Counted from the stretch's first letter, positions 25,748-36,052 are shown. The stretch is 64,000 nucleotides of DNA from a virus (IMGVR_UViG_3300030372_002234:8876-72875); one strand, 5' to 3'. Made by a program: numbers and translations. Notes: generated by a model from the letters alone, not told the origin.

Positions 25748-26050
25748 ATGAGAGTAAGGTGGAAGGACGCTCAATCAACGGGCGGACCCGGATGGGAGGA
25801 TGCTGAAGATATGCAAGAAGCGGCCTCTGCTGAGATTTGTATTGTAAACACTATTGGTTATGTTATTAATTTTACTGAAGACAGAATTGTTCTGACGGAT
25901 ACCATCCAACATGACGGGCAAGCGGGAGGCGCAGTGCATCTCATTCCTATCGAAATGGTACAAGAAATTCACTACCTCAAGGAGGATAGTTTTGATGTTC
26001 AAACACACAACGACGATCAACTCGGAACACACAATGGAGGAACTACTTGA
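25748..26050 (+). CDS. Conserved phage hypothetical protein
   Basis: VRWKDA..W, VNTIGYV, IPxxMV pattern; ATG at 25748. Confidence 0.7.
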   Translation: MRVRWKDAQSTGGPGWEDAEDMQEAASAEICIVNTIGYVINFTEDRIVLTDTIQHDGQAGGAVHLIPIEMVQEIHYLKEDSFDVQTHNDDQLGTHNGGTT

Positions 26051-26270
26051 TACTATTGAGTTTAACATTTTAGAAGGAGAAAACGCAACGTATCAAATTA
26101 TTCTCCCATCTATTAAATGGGTAAACATTATTCTTGACAACGTGCAGACTATTGGCGATAAACATTTGTCAGAAGAAAAGGATGTTTCAACCGACCTTGT
26201 TAACATTGAGTTTGTAGTAGATAGTAACGACGATAACTTTCCAGAAGAGGATTACTTTAATGCAGAATAA
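26034..26270 (+). CDS. Hypothetical acidic protein
   Basis: In-frame ATG at 26034 (MEELLDTIEF...). Confidence 0.6.
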   Translation: MEELLDTIEFNILEGENATYQIILPSIKWVNIILDNVQTIGDKHLSEEKDVSTDLVNIEFVVDSNDDNFPEEDYFNAE

Positions 26271-26835
26271 GTTTAGAAATTACGAAACAGATCCTATTGA
26301 CATAAACAATCATGAAGATCTTATCGAGTTGATTAACAACATTGTTGGCATGAAGATTAACCAAGGTTATTTCAAACGTTGGACTAGAGATGCTTTGTTG
26401 AGCGAAGGATGGATTCAAATCCAGTCGCTTATTGATACTTTTGACGCAAGCAAGGGCGTTGCGTTTAATAAATATTGCTTCTTGTATCTTCCTGCCAGAA
26501 TTTCTGACGGAATGCAAGGCTTTGAAGAAGGAATGGCTAAAAACAAACCCGGATCTGAGTTTCGTTTTACTCACAGAGCTTGGCAATTTGATGAGTACGA
26601 AGATTCTCACACTAACCCAGCAAACGGTGCTTCATGTGAAGACACTTTTGCACAGCACAAAGAAACAATAGTAGACAGGATTTTGAAGCACCCAAGTCTT
26701 ACTGAGGCTGAACGTACTGTTGTTGATATGATCGGCAGAGGAACAACAATGAAAGCCATTGGCGCGGCTATGGGCGTAACTGAGTCCCGTATTTCGCAGC
26801 GATGCAAACTGATTAGGAGCAAGATTAATGAGTAG
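26260..26835 (+). CDS. Sigma-70 family (FliA/WhiG-like) RNA polymerase sigma factor
   Basis: Region 2-like DTFDASKGVAFNKY...ARISD; region 4 helix-turn-helix LTEAERTVV...TMKAIGAAMGVTESRISQ. Confidence 0.8.
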   Translation: MQNKFRNYETDPIDINNHEDLIELINNIVGMKINQGYFKRWTRDALLSEGWIQIQSLIDTFDASKGVAFNKYCFLYLPARISDGMQGFEEGMAKNKPGSEFRFTHRAWQFDEYEDSHTNPANGASCEDTFAQHKETIVDRILKHPSLTEAERTVVDMIGRGTTMKAIGAAMGVTESRISQRCKLIRSKINE

Positions 26836-27487
26836 AGTATTAGTAATTGGGGATCTACATGCCCCCGCTGTTAGAGAAGACTACTTTGATTTCGTTAGAA
26901 GTATACGAAGAAAGTACAGAACCGATCAAACAGTATTTATTGGTGACGTTATAGATCACCATGTTATTTCGTACCACAAAGCAAACCCTGAATCGCCCGA
27001 CGCGATCAGGGAATACAACCTTGCTTTTGAAACTGTTAAGCGTTGGTACAAGGCGTACCCAAACGCTACTGTAACTATTGGTAACCACGATAGTCGAGTG
27101 CATAGACTTGCAGCAGATGCTGGCATTCCTTCTATGTACCTTAAAGAATACAATGAACTTTATAAGACAAAGAATTGGGAGTGGAAGCATAATGTTGAGT
27201 TGGATGGGGTTTATTATTATCATGGTACCGGTGCTGCTTCTGCTTACCCGGCATTTAATGCAGCTAGAACACGCAATCAGTCAGTGGTCATGGGTCACCA
27301 TCATACAAAGGCAGCTATTAATTGGATGTGTGGGGCTAACAATCATCGTATTTTTGGTATGTCTGTGGGGTGTGGAGTAGATAACGACCACCTTGCTATG
27401 CTGTACGCAGAACATTATCTTATTAAACCAATTCATGCATGCGGGGTAGTGGTCAATGGGCACCCCTATCTCGAACTCATGCCATAA
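26828..27487 (+). CDS. Calcineurin-like metallophosphoesterase
   Basis: IGDLH, IGDVID, GNHD and GHHH motifs. Confidence 0.9.
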   Translation: MSRVLVIGDLHAPAVREDYFDFVRSIRRKYRTDQTVFIGDVIDHHVISYHKANPESPDAIREYNLAFETVKRWYKAYPNATVTIGNHDSRVHRLAADAGIPSMYLKEYNELYKTKNWEWKHNVELDGVYYYHGTGAASAYPAFNAARTRNQSVVMGHHHTKAAINWMCGANNHRIFGMSVGCGVDNDHLAMLYAEHYLIKPIHACGVVVNGHPYLELMP

Positions 27488-27534
27488 AACCCATGCTATT
27501 ACAATAGGCACCTACTGTGCCAGAAAGGATAACT

Positions 27535-27738
27535 ATGAGTGAAGAAACTGTAGTTGAAGAAACCATTAAAGAAGAGGTGTCTGGACAGCCGATTGGTGTA
27601 CAGGCACAAGTAGTTCTTTCCTACTTGGAAGAACTCTATGGGGCAATTACTATGCTTAGTAGTAACCTCAGTAACCAAATTAAGTCCCTCTCAGATGTCA
27701 TTGATAACGCCAACAAGGAGAACGAAACTAATGACTGA
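27535..27738 (+). CDS. Hypothetical protein
   Basis: ATG at 27535 after AAAGGA. Confidence 0.6.
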   Translation: MSEETVVEETIKEEVSGQPIGVQAQVVLSYLEELYGAITMLSSNLSNQIKSLSDVIDNANKENETND

Positions 27739-28258
27739 TCGACCCACTGCTACCATTAAGACCGGCGACCTGACTGTGAAGTACTCTCATGTCTCCGTAC
27801 CTGACACCAAGTTCAATGCTGAAGGTGAGTATAAGATCACCGTGATGCACGACGAGGAACTCGAAGCCAAGCTCCAGAAGCTTGCTGACGAGTGGAAGGT
27901 TGACCAGCCTTTTGTCAAGACCGTCAAGGATGGTTCTAAGGTTATTACCTTCAAGTCAAAGTATGCACCTAAGATGTATACTGCTGATGACGTTGAAGCA
28001 CGACCCAAGGGATTCTGCTGGTCCGGTGATACCGTTAACATTAACTCTGTTTGCTACCCTGTTGAGGTCATGGGTAAGACCTACCTCTCAATGAAGTTTA
28101 ACGCTGTACTCCTGAAGAGTGTGAATGAATCAGAGCAGCGTGAAGCTAGTAACCCGTTCGGAACTGGTAGCGCAGTGTCGGCCAGTGATGTGAGTGAGAC
28201 TGATGGTGAACAGCCTGATGCTCCTACTGTCATCACTGATGAAATCCCGTTTGATTAA
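27731..28258 (+). CDS. Single-stranded DNA-binding protein (T7 gp2.5-like)
   Basis: KYSHVSVPDTKFNAEGEYKIT, ITFKSKYAPK; acidic tail ending DEIPFD; position before the nuclease and primase. Confidence 0.85.
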   Translation: MTDRPTATIKTGDLTVKYSHVSVPDTKFNAEGEYKITVMHDEELEAKLQKLADEWKVDQPFVKTVKDGSKVITFKSKYAPKMYTADDVEARPKGFCWSGDTVNINSVCYPVEVMGKTYLSMKFNAVLLKSVNESEQREASNPFGTGSAVSASDVSETDGEQPDAPTVITDEIPFD

Positions 28259-28267
28259 GGAGACCGT

Positions 28268-28657
28268 ATGAATGCTGGTGAATGGACTTTTAATATAAAT
28301 CCAGTTGCAGCCAGCCGTCCTCGGGTATCCAAACATGGACATGCGTACTTTACTGGTGCGTATAAACAATTTCGTAAAGATATGATCGATGTGGCCGAAG
28401 CGGTCCTTGGAGACTTTGAACCTCTCCAAGGGCCGTTATCGGTTGATCTGGAGCTATATGTCTGCAAACCTAAGACTACTAAGTTGTCTTCACCTAGAGG
28501 TGACATTGATAACTTTACTAAGGCGGTTTTTGATTCCCTCAATGGTATACTATGGGAAGATGATAGGCAAATAGAAAAGCTTTATGTTGTAAAGTGTTGG
28601 ACCAAGAGTCCTGAACAAGACGGTTGGTTTAGAATTGGAGTAAACCAAATTGATTGA
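28268..28657 (+). CDS. rusA: RusA-family Holliday junction resolvase
   Basis: PVAASRPR, GDIDNFTKAVFDSLNGILWEDDRQI. Confidence 0.9.
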   Translation: MNAGEWTFNINPVAASRPRVSKHGHAYFTGAYKQFRKDMIDVAEAVLGDFEPLQGPLSVDLELYVCKPKTTKLSSPRGDIDNFTKAVFDSLNGILWEDDRQIEKLYVVKCWTKSPEQDGWFRIGVNQID

Positions 28658-28802
28658 CGTATTTAAAAAGATTCTTACTGAATTAGTAGACGATGCCGTA
28701 ATGGTTGAGTCCGATGGCGATGTCGCTGGTTACTATTGGGAAATCAATATGACTGACGAGAAAATGGAAAACATTGTTAGAAAGCTTAACTCAGATGATT
28801 GA
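28650..28802 (+). CDS. Small acidic hypothetical protein
   Basis: TTG start; 50 aa filling the gap between rusA and the primase, overlapping both. Confidence 0.4.
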   Translation: MIDVFKKILTELVDDAVMVESDGDVAGYYWEINMTDEKMENIVRKLNSDD

Positions 28803-30558
28803 AGAAGATAGCTACGTCGTTGACAGAGAACAATGTCCTAAGTGTGCCGAACAAGGGTTCGACCGCTCAGGAGATAATCTAGTTGTCTACTCAGATGACC
28901 ACAAGTATTGTTTTCGTTGTGAATATTACGTTCCCTCAAACAACAGCAACAAGGAGAAGATTGCTATGGAACCCATTACACTTGACTTTAAGAAGTACAA
29001 CGGATCTTGTGTTGATATTTCTGATCGAAAGATTGACCACAAAACTTGCCGTAAGTACGGTTATCAAGTGGCGAATGTTGGTGGTAAGGAGATGCACATC
29101 GCACCTTACTATCGTAATGGAGAACTTGTGGCGCAACATCTGCGCGGACCTGACAAGCAATTCAAGTGGTCTGGTTCACCAAGTAACTGCGAACTGTTCG
29201 GCCAAAATCTCTTTAAGAGTAATGGCGGTAAAAGACTGGTGATTACTGAAGGTGAACTGGACTGCTTGACTGTCAGTCAGTTGCTGGGTACGTGGCCTGT
29301 TGTGTCCGTACCCAACGGTGCTTCATCCGCAATGAAGTACATCAAGGGTAACCTTGAATTTGTTAATAGCTATGAAGAAATTGTTCTTATGTTTGACATG
29401 GATGATGCTGGTCAAGAGGCTGCCCGTAAGGTGGCTGAGATCCTTCCTCCCGGTCGAGCCAAGATCGCCAAGCTTCCGTACAAGGACGCAAGCGACTGCT
29501 ACATGAAGGGCAACTCGAAGGCTGTGGTAAATGCTGTGTGGGAAGCTCAGGCGTACAGCCCTGACGAGATTCTCCATGTCAGTGACGTTGAAGATTCTTC
29601 AAACGATCTGGTTGATGCCAAGGTATGGCCTTGCCCGTGGGACAAGATGTCTGAGTTCTGCCTTGGTCAGCGATCAGGTGAGATTACTCTGTACTGCTCA
29701 GGCACTGGCTCAGGTAAGTCCACGATCCTTCGTGAGATCATGCACCATCACCTGAGCGAAGGTCGTTCTGTTGGTGCGATCATGCTCGAAGAATCTCCCA
29801 AAGAAACTATTGATGACATGATTAGTCTTCAATTGAACAAGCCTGTACGTGCTATCCGCGCATCACGAATGATGAACGAATTGCGTACAAAGATGGGAAA
29901 AGATCCGATTGATATTGAGATTGTTGATGATTTGACCGATGATGAGTATGCTGCGGCTCGTAAGCAGCTTGCTCAAACTTCTTTCTACGTTTACGATCAC
30001 CTTGGTAATAATGCAATGGCTAATCTGCTGGCACGAATGGAATTCATGGCAATCTCTCTCGGGGTCGAGGTTATTGTTCTGGATCACATCACTGCCGCAG
30101 CGGCTGGCCTGATGGGCATGAACAGCAAGGACGTTGACGGTGGTAGCTCAGAGAGAATTATTATCGATAGTATTATGAAGGAACTCCGTGCCCTGTGTGT
30201 TCGCACTGGTGTTCACATCGATATTGTTTCTCAGCTTAAGAAGACGGACAAGGCTTATGAGGAAGGTAACCGTATTACCTTGCAGGATCTCCGTGGCTCT
30301 GGTGCTCTGGCATCTGTGCCCAACACGGTTATTGCTCTCGAACGTAACCGTCAAGACCCCGATCCTGTTATCAGTAACACTACTATTGTTCGTGTGCTTA
30401 AGAACAGACTTACTGGTCGCTGTGGCATTGCATCCGCATTGTTCTACGACCGCACTACTTCAAGACTTACAGAAAAGGACTTTGCGTTTGGAGATGATGG
30501 TGAAGTACTGTTTGAGGCCAACCCCTTTGGGGAAGGCAAGTCCATTAATGAGGATTAA
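28795..30558 (+). CDS. DNA primase-helicase (T7 gp4-like)
   Basis: Zn domain CPKC...YCFRC; TOPRIM ITEGELD and MFDMD; Walker A SGTGSGKS; LDHIT; LRGSG. Confidence 0.96.
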   Translation: MIEEDSYVVDREQCPKCAEQGFDRSGDNLVVYSDDHKYCFRCEYYVPSNNSNKEKIAMEPITLDFKKYNGSCVDISDRKIDHKTCRKYGYQVANVGGKEMHIAPYYRNGELVAQHLRGPDKQFKWSGSPSNCELFGQNLFKSNGGKRLVITEGELDCLTVSQLLGTWPVVSVPNGASSAMKYIKGNLEFVNSYEEIVLMFDMDDAGQEAARKVAEILPPGRAKIAKLPYKDASDCYMKGNSKAVVNAVWEAQAYSPDEILHVSDVEDSSNDLVDAKVWPCPWDKMSEFCLGQRSGEITLYCSGTGSGKSTILREIMHHHLSEGRSVGAIMLEESPKETIDDMISLQLNKPVRAIRASRMMNELRTKMGKDPIDIEIVDDLTDDEYAAARKQLAQTSFYVYDHLGNNAMANLLARMEFMAISLGVEVIVLDHITAAAAGLMGMNSKDVDGGSSERIIIDSIMKELRALCVRTGVHIDIVSQLKKTDKAYEEGNRITLQDLRGSGALASVPNTVIALERNRQDPDPVISNTTIVRVLKNRLTGRCGIASALFYDRTTSRLTEKDFAFGDDGEVLFEANPFGEGKSINED

Positions 30559-30563
30559 ATGAC

Positions 30564-32276
30564 ATGGAAATCATATGGGACATCGAAGCCAACGGCCTCG
30601 CATATCCGTCCGTCGATAAAAAGGGGAACACAATACCCCGTGCGGACACCGTACACTGCATCGTCGCAAGAGAGGCAGGAACAGATCGAGTCTTCACGTA
30701 CCGTCCACACGAAATCGAGCGGGGTATTGAGTTTCTTAGCCGCGCTACTCTTTGGATTGGTCATAATCTTATCGGGTACGACATCCCCGTTCTTTCTCGA
30801 CTTGGCCTTGTTCGTAGCTGCCCTGTACTTGATACTCTCATTGTTTCTAGATTGATGTATCCTGATAAGCAGGATGTCAAGTTCCCTTTGCACGACAAGA
30901 AAGGGCGGCATAGCCACTCATTGGAAGCATGGGGTCGGAAGCTTGAGGATAACAAGCAAGACTACGACGGCGGATGGGAGCACTACTCTGAGGAAATGCT
31001 GGAGTACTGTATCCAAGACGTTGCGGTAAATGAAAAGATCTATAACTATCAAAAGGAATGGATCGAGGAGAACCGTAAGGTAGTGCAGTTCGAGCATCTT
31101 GTCGGGCATGTGTGTGCCGACATGACAAAGAACGGTTTTCGGTTTGATTGTGAATCAGCTAGTGAATTGCAACGAGAATTGCTTGGCACTAAGGCTGACA
31201 TCGAAGATAGCCTTCAACAAACATTTCCTACTATTGTAGAGGAACGCTGGTCAGAAAAGACTGGTAAACGATTGAAGGATAAAGTTACGGTGTTTAACCC
31301 TGCTTCAACCAAACAGATTGCTGAACGGTTTAAAGTAAAGTATAGTTGGAAAGCCCCTGTCAGTGAGAAGGGGAATCCAAACTGTGACACTAAAGTATTA
31401 AAGTCATTGAAATTCCCAGAAGCCCGCTCTATCCTTGAGTACCGTGATGCCCAGAAGTTGCTGGGTATGGTGGACGATTGGATGTTGCGGGCCTGTGTGT
31501 CTGGTGCTGGTACGATTCATGGTCAGTTCAACCACCAAGGTGCTGCGACTGGCCGTGCTACGCACTCGCAACCAAACATTGCACAAGTTGATAAGAACCC
31601 CAAGTCACGCAGGCTTTGGAAGCCTCACGATGGTCATGTCCAAGTTGGCTCTGACCTGAGTGGCCTTGAGCTACGTATGTTGGCTCATCAGATGGCCGAG
31701 TTTGACGGTGGTGCTTACGCTAAGGAAATTCTTGAAGGCGATATTCATACTACTAACATGAATGCCGCAGGCTTGAGCGATAGGGACCAAGCAAAAACAT
31801 TTATTTACGGCTTCCTATATGGTGCCGGATCAGAAAAGATTGGTCAGATTGTTGGTGGCAATGCGCGTGACGGTCAACAACTTAAAGATAAATTCCTAAG
31901 GCGATTGCCTGCACTTAAGAAAGTTATTCAGAATGTCCAATTCCAATCGGCTAAGTATGGCAGTGTTGTTCTCTTGGATGGTCGCCGTGTTCCTGTACGG
32001 AGTGATCACGCAGCTCTTAACACTTTATTACAGGGAAATGGTGCAGTTGTTTCTAAACTCTGGATCGTACTGGCCCACCGGTCCCTTTCCCCCAAGGGGG
32101 TAAAGATGATGGGGTGGATTCATGACGAGATCCAAACGTCCTGTCCTCCAGACATTGCTGAAGAGACTGGTAAAGAACTGGTTCGCTGCGCCCAAGAAGC
32201 AGGAAGAAAACTTGGCATTAGAATGCCGGTGGACGCAGAGTATGTGATTGGAGAATCATGGGCAGATACCCATTAG
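30564..32276 (+). CDS. Family A DNA polymerase (T7 gp5-like, compact)
   Basis: Exo motifs WDIEANG, HNLIGYD, YCIQDV; polymerase motifs DLSGLELR, AKTFIYGFLYG, WIHDE. Confidence 0.96.
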   Translation: MEIIWDIEANGLAYPSVDKKGNTIPRADTVHCIVAREAGTDRVFTYRPHEIERGIEFLSRATLWIGHNLIGYDIPVLSRLGLVRSCPVLDTLIVSRLMYPDKQDVKFPLHDKKGRHSHSLEAWGRKLEDNKQDYDGGWEHYSEEMLEYCIQDVAVNEKIYNYQKEWIEENRKVVQFEHLVGHVCADMTKNGFRFDCESASELQRELLGTKADIEDSLQQTFPTIVEERWSEKTGKRLKDKVTVFNPASTKQIAERFKVKYSWKAPVSEKGNPNCDTKVLKSLKFPEARSILEYRDAQKLLGMVDDWMLRACVSGAGTIHGQFNHQGAATGRATHSQPNIAQVDKNPKSRRLWKPHDGHVQVGSDLSGLELRMLAHQMAEFDGGAYAKEILEGDIHTTNMNAAGLSDRDQAKTFIYGFLYGAGSEKIGQIVGGNARDGQQLKDKFLRRLPALKKVIQNVQFQSAKYGSVVLLDGRRVPVRSDHAALNTLLQGNGAVVSKLWIVLAHRSLSPKGVKMMGWIHDEIQTSCPPDIAEETGKELVRCAQEAGRKLGIRMPVDAEYVIGESWADTH

Positions 32277-32791
32277 TTGTATATTTGTATAGTAATTTAG
32301 ATCACCCAAACAAGTGGCAAAATATTATACACCGGCTTTTAATTAGCCCTGCAAAATGGACTCATATAGGTATTTCTGTGGGCCAAGCGCATTTCTTTTT
32401 TACGCATACTCAGGGATCGGTAGTTACTACTAATAAAGCAGTATTCAAATTAATGAAGCCTCATACGTTATTGTTTCTTCCTAGCGTTGAAATAACACTA
32501 GAAAAATTAAAAGAAATTATGCCTAAATATCCTTCTTATTCTAGATGGGATATGTTTTATTACGGATTGGCTAGATTTATTCCGATTAAATATGTAGGAT
32601 GGACACGACCTAAAGCATGTGGAGACGGTGCGTGTGAAGTGTTAAATAGATTAGGTATCCCAGTTCCGGCATTTGATGGCTATAACATAGAAAACATTAG
32701 GAGATGGTTACATGAAAATAATTTCGTTCTCTGGGAGAGCAGGTATCGGCAAAACAACAATAGTAAGGGAACTGATGGGTCATCTGTATGA
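32258..32791 (+). CDS. Hypothetical protein, possibly a permuted papain-like (NlpC/P60) amidase
   Basis: WTHIGISVG near the N-terminus and ACGDGACEVL near the C-terminus (His before Cys). Confidence 0.45.
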   Translation: MGRYPLVVYLYSNLDHPNKWQNIIHRLLISPAKWTHIGISVGQAHFFFTHTQGSVVTTNKAVFKLMKPHTLLFLPSVEITLEKLKEIMPKYPSYSRWDMFYYGLARFIPIKYVGWTRPKACGDGACEVLNRLGIPVPAFDGYNIENIRRWLHENNFVLWESRYRQNNNSKGTDGSSV

Positions 32792-33449
32792 AGATGGTTT
32801 CTTTCCGGTCTACCTTCCCTTTGCTGCCGCTCTTAAAGAAGAAGCAGATAAAGCTGGTTACGGCAAAGAAGAAGATCCAGTAGGATACAGAAAGTATTGC
32901 CAAAACTGGGGCGCAAAGATGCGCGAACAAAATCAAGACTATTGGATTGATAAGTGGGTGGAGCAATATGAAAAACATTTGTTTAAGGAAACGTCTGGAG
33001 AACGAGAGTCAGAAACAGTTATTCTCGTTGACGATTGTAGATATGTTAATGAAACAGAAGCAATTAAACTTAGAGGAGGCAAAACGGTTTTTGTTGCAGG
33101 AGGAAAACGAACTCTTGCAAATGAAAATGTCCCTTGGAGAAAACATGAATCCGAAGCTCTTGCAAACCTTATTGAAAAAACTCTTAAGCACCGTCCAGAA
33201 GCTTTAACTCCTTTTTGTCATTTGTTTTGGAATAATAAAAGCCTAGAAGAACTAGAAGAAAATTTATTTGTTGCTTATGAAGACTGGCTTGAAGACGAAC
33301 CATGTGATTGCGAGTTGTGTCTTGCTCGTAGAGAAGGAAGAGAACCTGATATGGGTACAGTTTTTGAAGAGATAAAAGAAATCTTGTTGTCAGAAAATAT
33401 TGATCCTTCGGAGATTTTTGATGCAGATGCCAACAACAGCGATCCTTGA
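32712..33449 (+). CDS. Deoxynucleoside monophosphate kinase
   Basis: P-loop SGRAGIGKT, FAAALKEE, YRKYCQNWG..MR, LVDDCRYVNE. Confidence 0.85.
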   Translation: MKIISFSGRAGIGKTTIVRELMGHLYEDGFFPVYLPFAAALKEEADKAGYGKEEDPVGYRKYCQNWGAKMREQNQDYWIDKWVEQYEKHLFKETSGERESETVILVDDCRYVNETEAIKLRGGKTVFVAGGKRTLANENVPWRKHESEALANLIEKTLKHRPEALTPFCHLFWNNKSLEELEENLFVAYEDWLEDEPCDCELCLARREGREPDMGTVFEEIKEILLSENIDPSEIFDADANNSDP

Positions 33450-34119
33450 TGGAGATATCATTGCGTATAAATTAGCGTGTAAAGTAGATGTGTACGGCGA
33501 TGAGTATCTTCTCCAGAATATTAGAGAGTATGTAGCCAGTTGGACTCCTTATGAATGTGAGGACGTTGTACTAGCGTTTAGCTGTAGCCGAGAAGATAAC
33601 TACCGTAGGAAGTATTGGCCTGATTATAAAGCCCACCGAAGTAGTGTCTCTAAGCCCGACTCAATGATTGATGTCATTAACTCAATAAAGGCGTTGTATA
33701 AAATTGCTTATACTCCTCACCTAGAGGCAGACGATCTAATGGGCATGGAAGCATCTGGCGAACGAGCTATTGCTGTAACCATTGACAAAGACCTAAGGTG
33801 TACTCCGGGCTGGCACTGGAACCCTGACAAGGAATGGGAGCCTCGCTACCTTACAGTAGAGCAGGCTGATCGTTTCTTTTACAAGCAATGGCTTATGGGG
33901 GACAGTACAGATAAGATACCGGGCATTCCTAAGGTAGGCCCAGTTAAAGCAGATAGAATACTAGAACAAAATAGCCCCGCTAATTGGGAAGCTATTGTTA
34001 TGGTAGAGTATGAAAAAAGGGGCTTGACAGAGGAATATGCTCTAAGTCAGGCAACTTCAGTTAGAATTTTAAGAGATAAAGAAGAACCATGTTTATGGCA
34101 AACAAGCTGGATGGGTTAA
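33421..34119 (+). CDS. 5'-3' exonuclease (T7 gp6-like)
   Basis: ILDGDIIAY, LEADDLMG, IDKDL, GDSTDKIPG. Confidence 0.92.
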   Translation: MQMPTTAILDGDIIAYKLACKVDVYGDEYLLQNIREYVASWTPYECEDVVLAFSCSREDNYRRKYWPDYKAHRSSVSKPDSMIDVINSIKALYKIAYTPHLEADDLMGMEASGERAIAVTIDKDLRCTPGWHWNPDKEWEPRYLTVEQADRFFYKQWLMGDSTDKIPGIPKVGPVKADRILEQNSPANWEAIVMVEYEKRGLTEEYALSQATSVRILRDKEEPCLWQTSWMG

Positions 34120-34154
34120 AAAACCCAGATATTAGCTACGAAGGGATACGAACA

Positions 34155-36044
34155 ATGAATTTTTTTGGTGATTTCATCCATCAGTCTCGCTACGCAAAGT
34201 GGCGTAATGACCTCTCAAGACGAGAAACTTGGACCGAAACAGTTGATCGATACTGGAATTGGATGTGTGGTAAATTCCCCATCCTTAAAACTAGAGAGGA
34301 CATTAGAGAGGCAATTCTAAAAAAGAATATTATGCCTAGTATGAGAGCAATGATGACCGCTGGTCCCGCTGCTGATAGGGATAATACCTGTACTTATAAC
34401 TGTTCTTATATTGCACTAGATAGCCCTAAGGCAATGCAAGAACTTTGTTATATTCTGATGAATGGCACCGGAGTAGGATTTTCTGTTGAAGAAAGTGTAA
34501 TCGATCAGTGGCCTATGGTCCCTGAGTCTATTGAAAGAATTGATGAAGTTATCGAAGTAGAGGACTCCAAAGAAGGATGGTCTATTGCTGTATATGAACT
34601 TATGATGCACCTGTACGAGGGGTGCCACCCTACGTGGGATGTCTCTAAGGTGCGGCCATCTGGGGCTAGGCTCAAGACATTTGGAGGACGAGCTTCTGGA
34701 CCCGGACCTCTTGAAGATGTGTTTAGATTTATTACTAACATGTTCTATAACAAAAGAGGCAAGAAGCTTAAGCCTGTAGATGTTCACGACATTGCTTGCT
34801 CTATTGGTAATGCTATTGTTGTTGGAGGAGTGCGTAGGTCTGCTATGATCTCACTGTCGGATTTGACCGATTACGACATGGCTAAGTGTAAGTCAGGTAA
34901 CTGGTGGGAGCAGGAGAGCCAGCGTTCTCTTGCTAACAACTCTGCTATTTATAATTCTAAGCCTTCAATGTCTGAGTTTCTTCAGGAGTGGGCACACCTG
35001 TACGAGTCACGTTCGGGTGAGCGTGGTATCTTTAATCGATACGGAACTCAAAAGTGTATGGAAAACACTCAAAGAGATAACAATTACAAGTTTGGTACTA
35101 ACCCGTGCGGGGAGATTACTCTCCGAAGCAAGCAGTTCTGTAACCTTACAGAAGTAGTTATTAGATCAGAAGATTGTAGCATTGATATTGAAGAAAAGAT
35201 TGAACAGGCTACTATCCTTGGCACACTCCAGTCATCCCTTACGCATTTCCCTTTCTTGTCCGAAGAATGGAAAAAGAATAGCGAAGAAGAAAGATTGCTT
35301 GGAGTTTCACTAACTGGTATTTGGGACAACCCAATTACTTATGGAAAGATTTCTATGGGACAGCTTAGGGGGCGACTTAAAAGATGGAGAGAGTTGACCC
35401 ACGAGATTAACGCTGACTGGGCGCACCGGATCGGTATTAATCCAAGTGCTGCAATTACAACGGTCAAACCCTCAGGAACCGTGTCCTGCCTTGTGGACTC
35501 TGCTTCAGGGATTCATCCGCGTTACGCGCAGCAGTACATTAGAAGAGTTAGAATGGATATCAAAGACCCCCTAAGCACCCTCATGCTTGACCAAGGTGTC
35601 CCGCACGAACGCTGCATGAACAACCCGGACTCCACTATCATCTTCGAGTTCCCGCTTGCTGCTCCGGCCAATGCCATGACTCGCAACGAAGTCTCAGCTA
35701 TGAGACACCTTGAGTTGTGGATGACGTACAAAAAGTATTGGACTGATCACAACCCATCAGTCACAATCGAATATACAGATGATGAATACATGGAGATTGG
35801 TGATTGGGTTTATCGTAACTTCGATGACATCCAAGGAATTTCTTTCCTACCAAAAACAGAACATGTTTACAAGCAAGCTCCTTTTGAGCCAATTGATAAT
35901 GTTGCCTATCTAGTAAGATGCGATAAAATGCCCATGATTAAATGGTCAAAGCTTTCTGAATACGAGCTTGAAGATACTACCAAAGCAAGTCAAACACTTG
36001 CCTGTACAGGCGGTGCTTGCGAACTTGTAGACTTAACCGATTAG
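34155..36044 (+). CDS. nrdJ: Class II (adenosylcobalamin-dependent) ribonucleotide reductase
   Basis: PSMRAMM, YNCSY, GTGVGF, VVGGVRRSA, TNPCGEI, TTVKPSGT, C-terminal ACTGGAC; no small subunit in the window. Confidence 0.92.
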   Translation: MNFFGDFIHQSRYAKWRNDLSRRETWTETVDRYWNWMCGKFPILKTREDIREAILKKNIMPSMRAMMTAGPAADRDNTCTYNCSYIALDSPKAMQELCYILMNGTGVGFSVEESVIDQWPMVPESIERIDEVIEVEDSKEGWSIAVYELMMHLYEGCHPTWDVSKVRPSGARLKTFGGRASGPGPLEDVFRFITNMFYNKRGKKLKPVDVHDIACSIGNAIVVGGVRRSAMISLSDLTDYDMAKCKSGNWWEQESQRSLANNSAIYNSKPSMSEFLQEWAHLYESRSGERGIFNRYGTQKCMENTQRDNNYKFGTNPCGEITLRSKQFCNLTEVVIRSEDCSIDIEEKIEQATILGTLQSSLTHFPFLSEEWKKNSEEERLLGVSLTGIWDNPITYGKISMGQLRGRLKRWRELTHEINADWAHRIGINPSAAITTVKPSGTVSCLVDSASGIHPRYAQQYIRRVRMDIKDPLSTLMLDQGVPHERCMNNPDSTIIFEFPLAAPANAMTRNEVSAMRHLELWMTYKKYWTDHNPSVTIEYTDDEYMEIGDWVYRNFDDIQGISFLPKTEHVYKQAPFEPIDNVAYLVRCDKMPMIKWSKLSEYELEDTTKASQTLACTGGACELVDLTD

Positions 36045-36052
36045 GAGAACGA

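Noticed and set aside
13172-34154. Track start codons at 13172, 13797, 14834, 14863, 17640, 22253, 23134, 25574, 25911, 27638, 28774 and 34089
   Set aside because: They extend into upstream genes or RNA elements; downstream in-frame starts with a better SD or gene-boundary context were used instead.
23149-36044. Inteins, introns or recoded stop codons in the RNAP, DNA polymerase, helicase or RNR
   Set aside because: All are continuous and of normal or compact length in the standard code, with no splicing or homing-endonuclease motifs.
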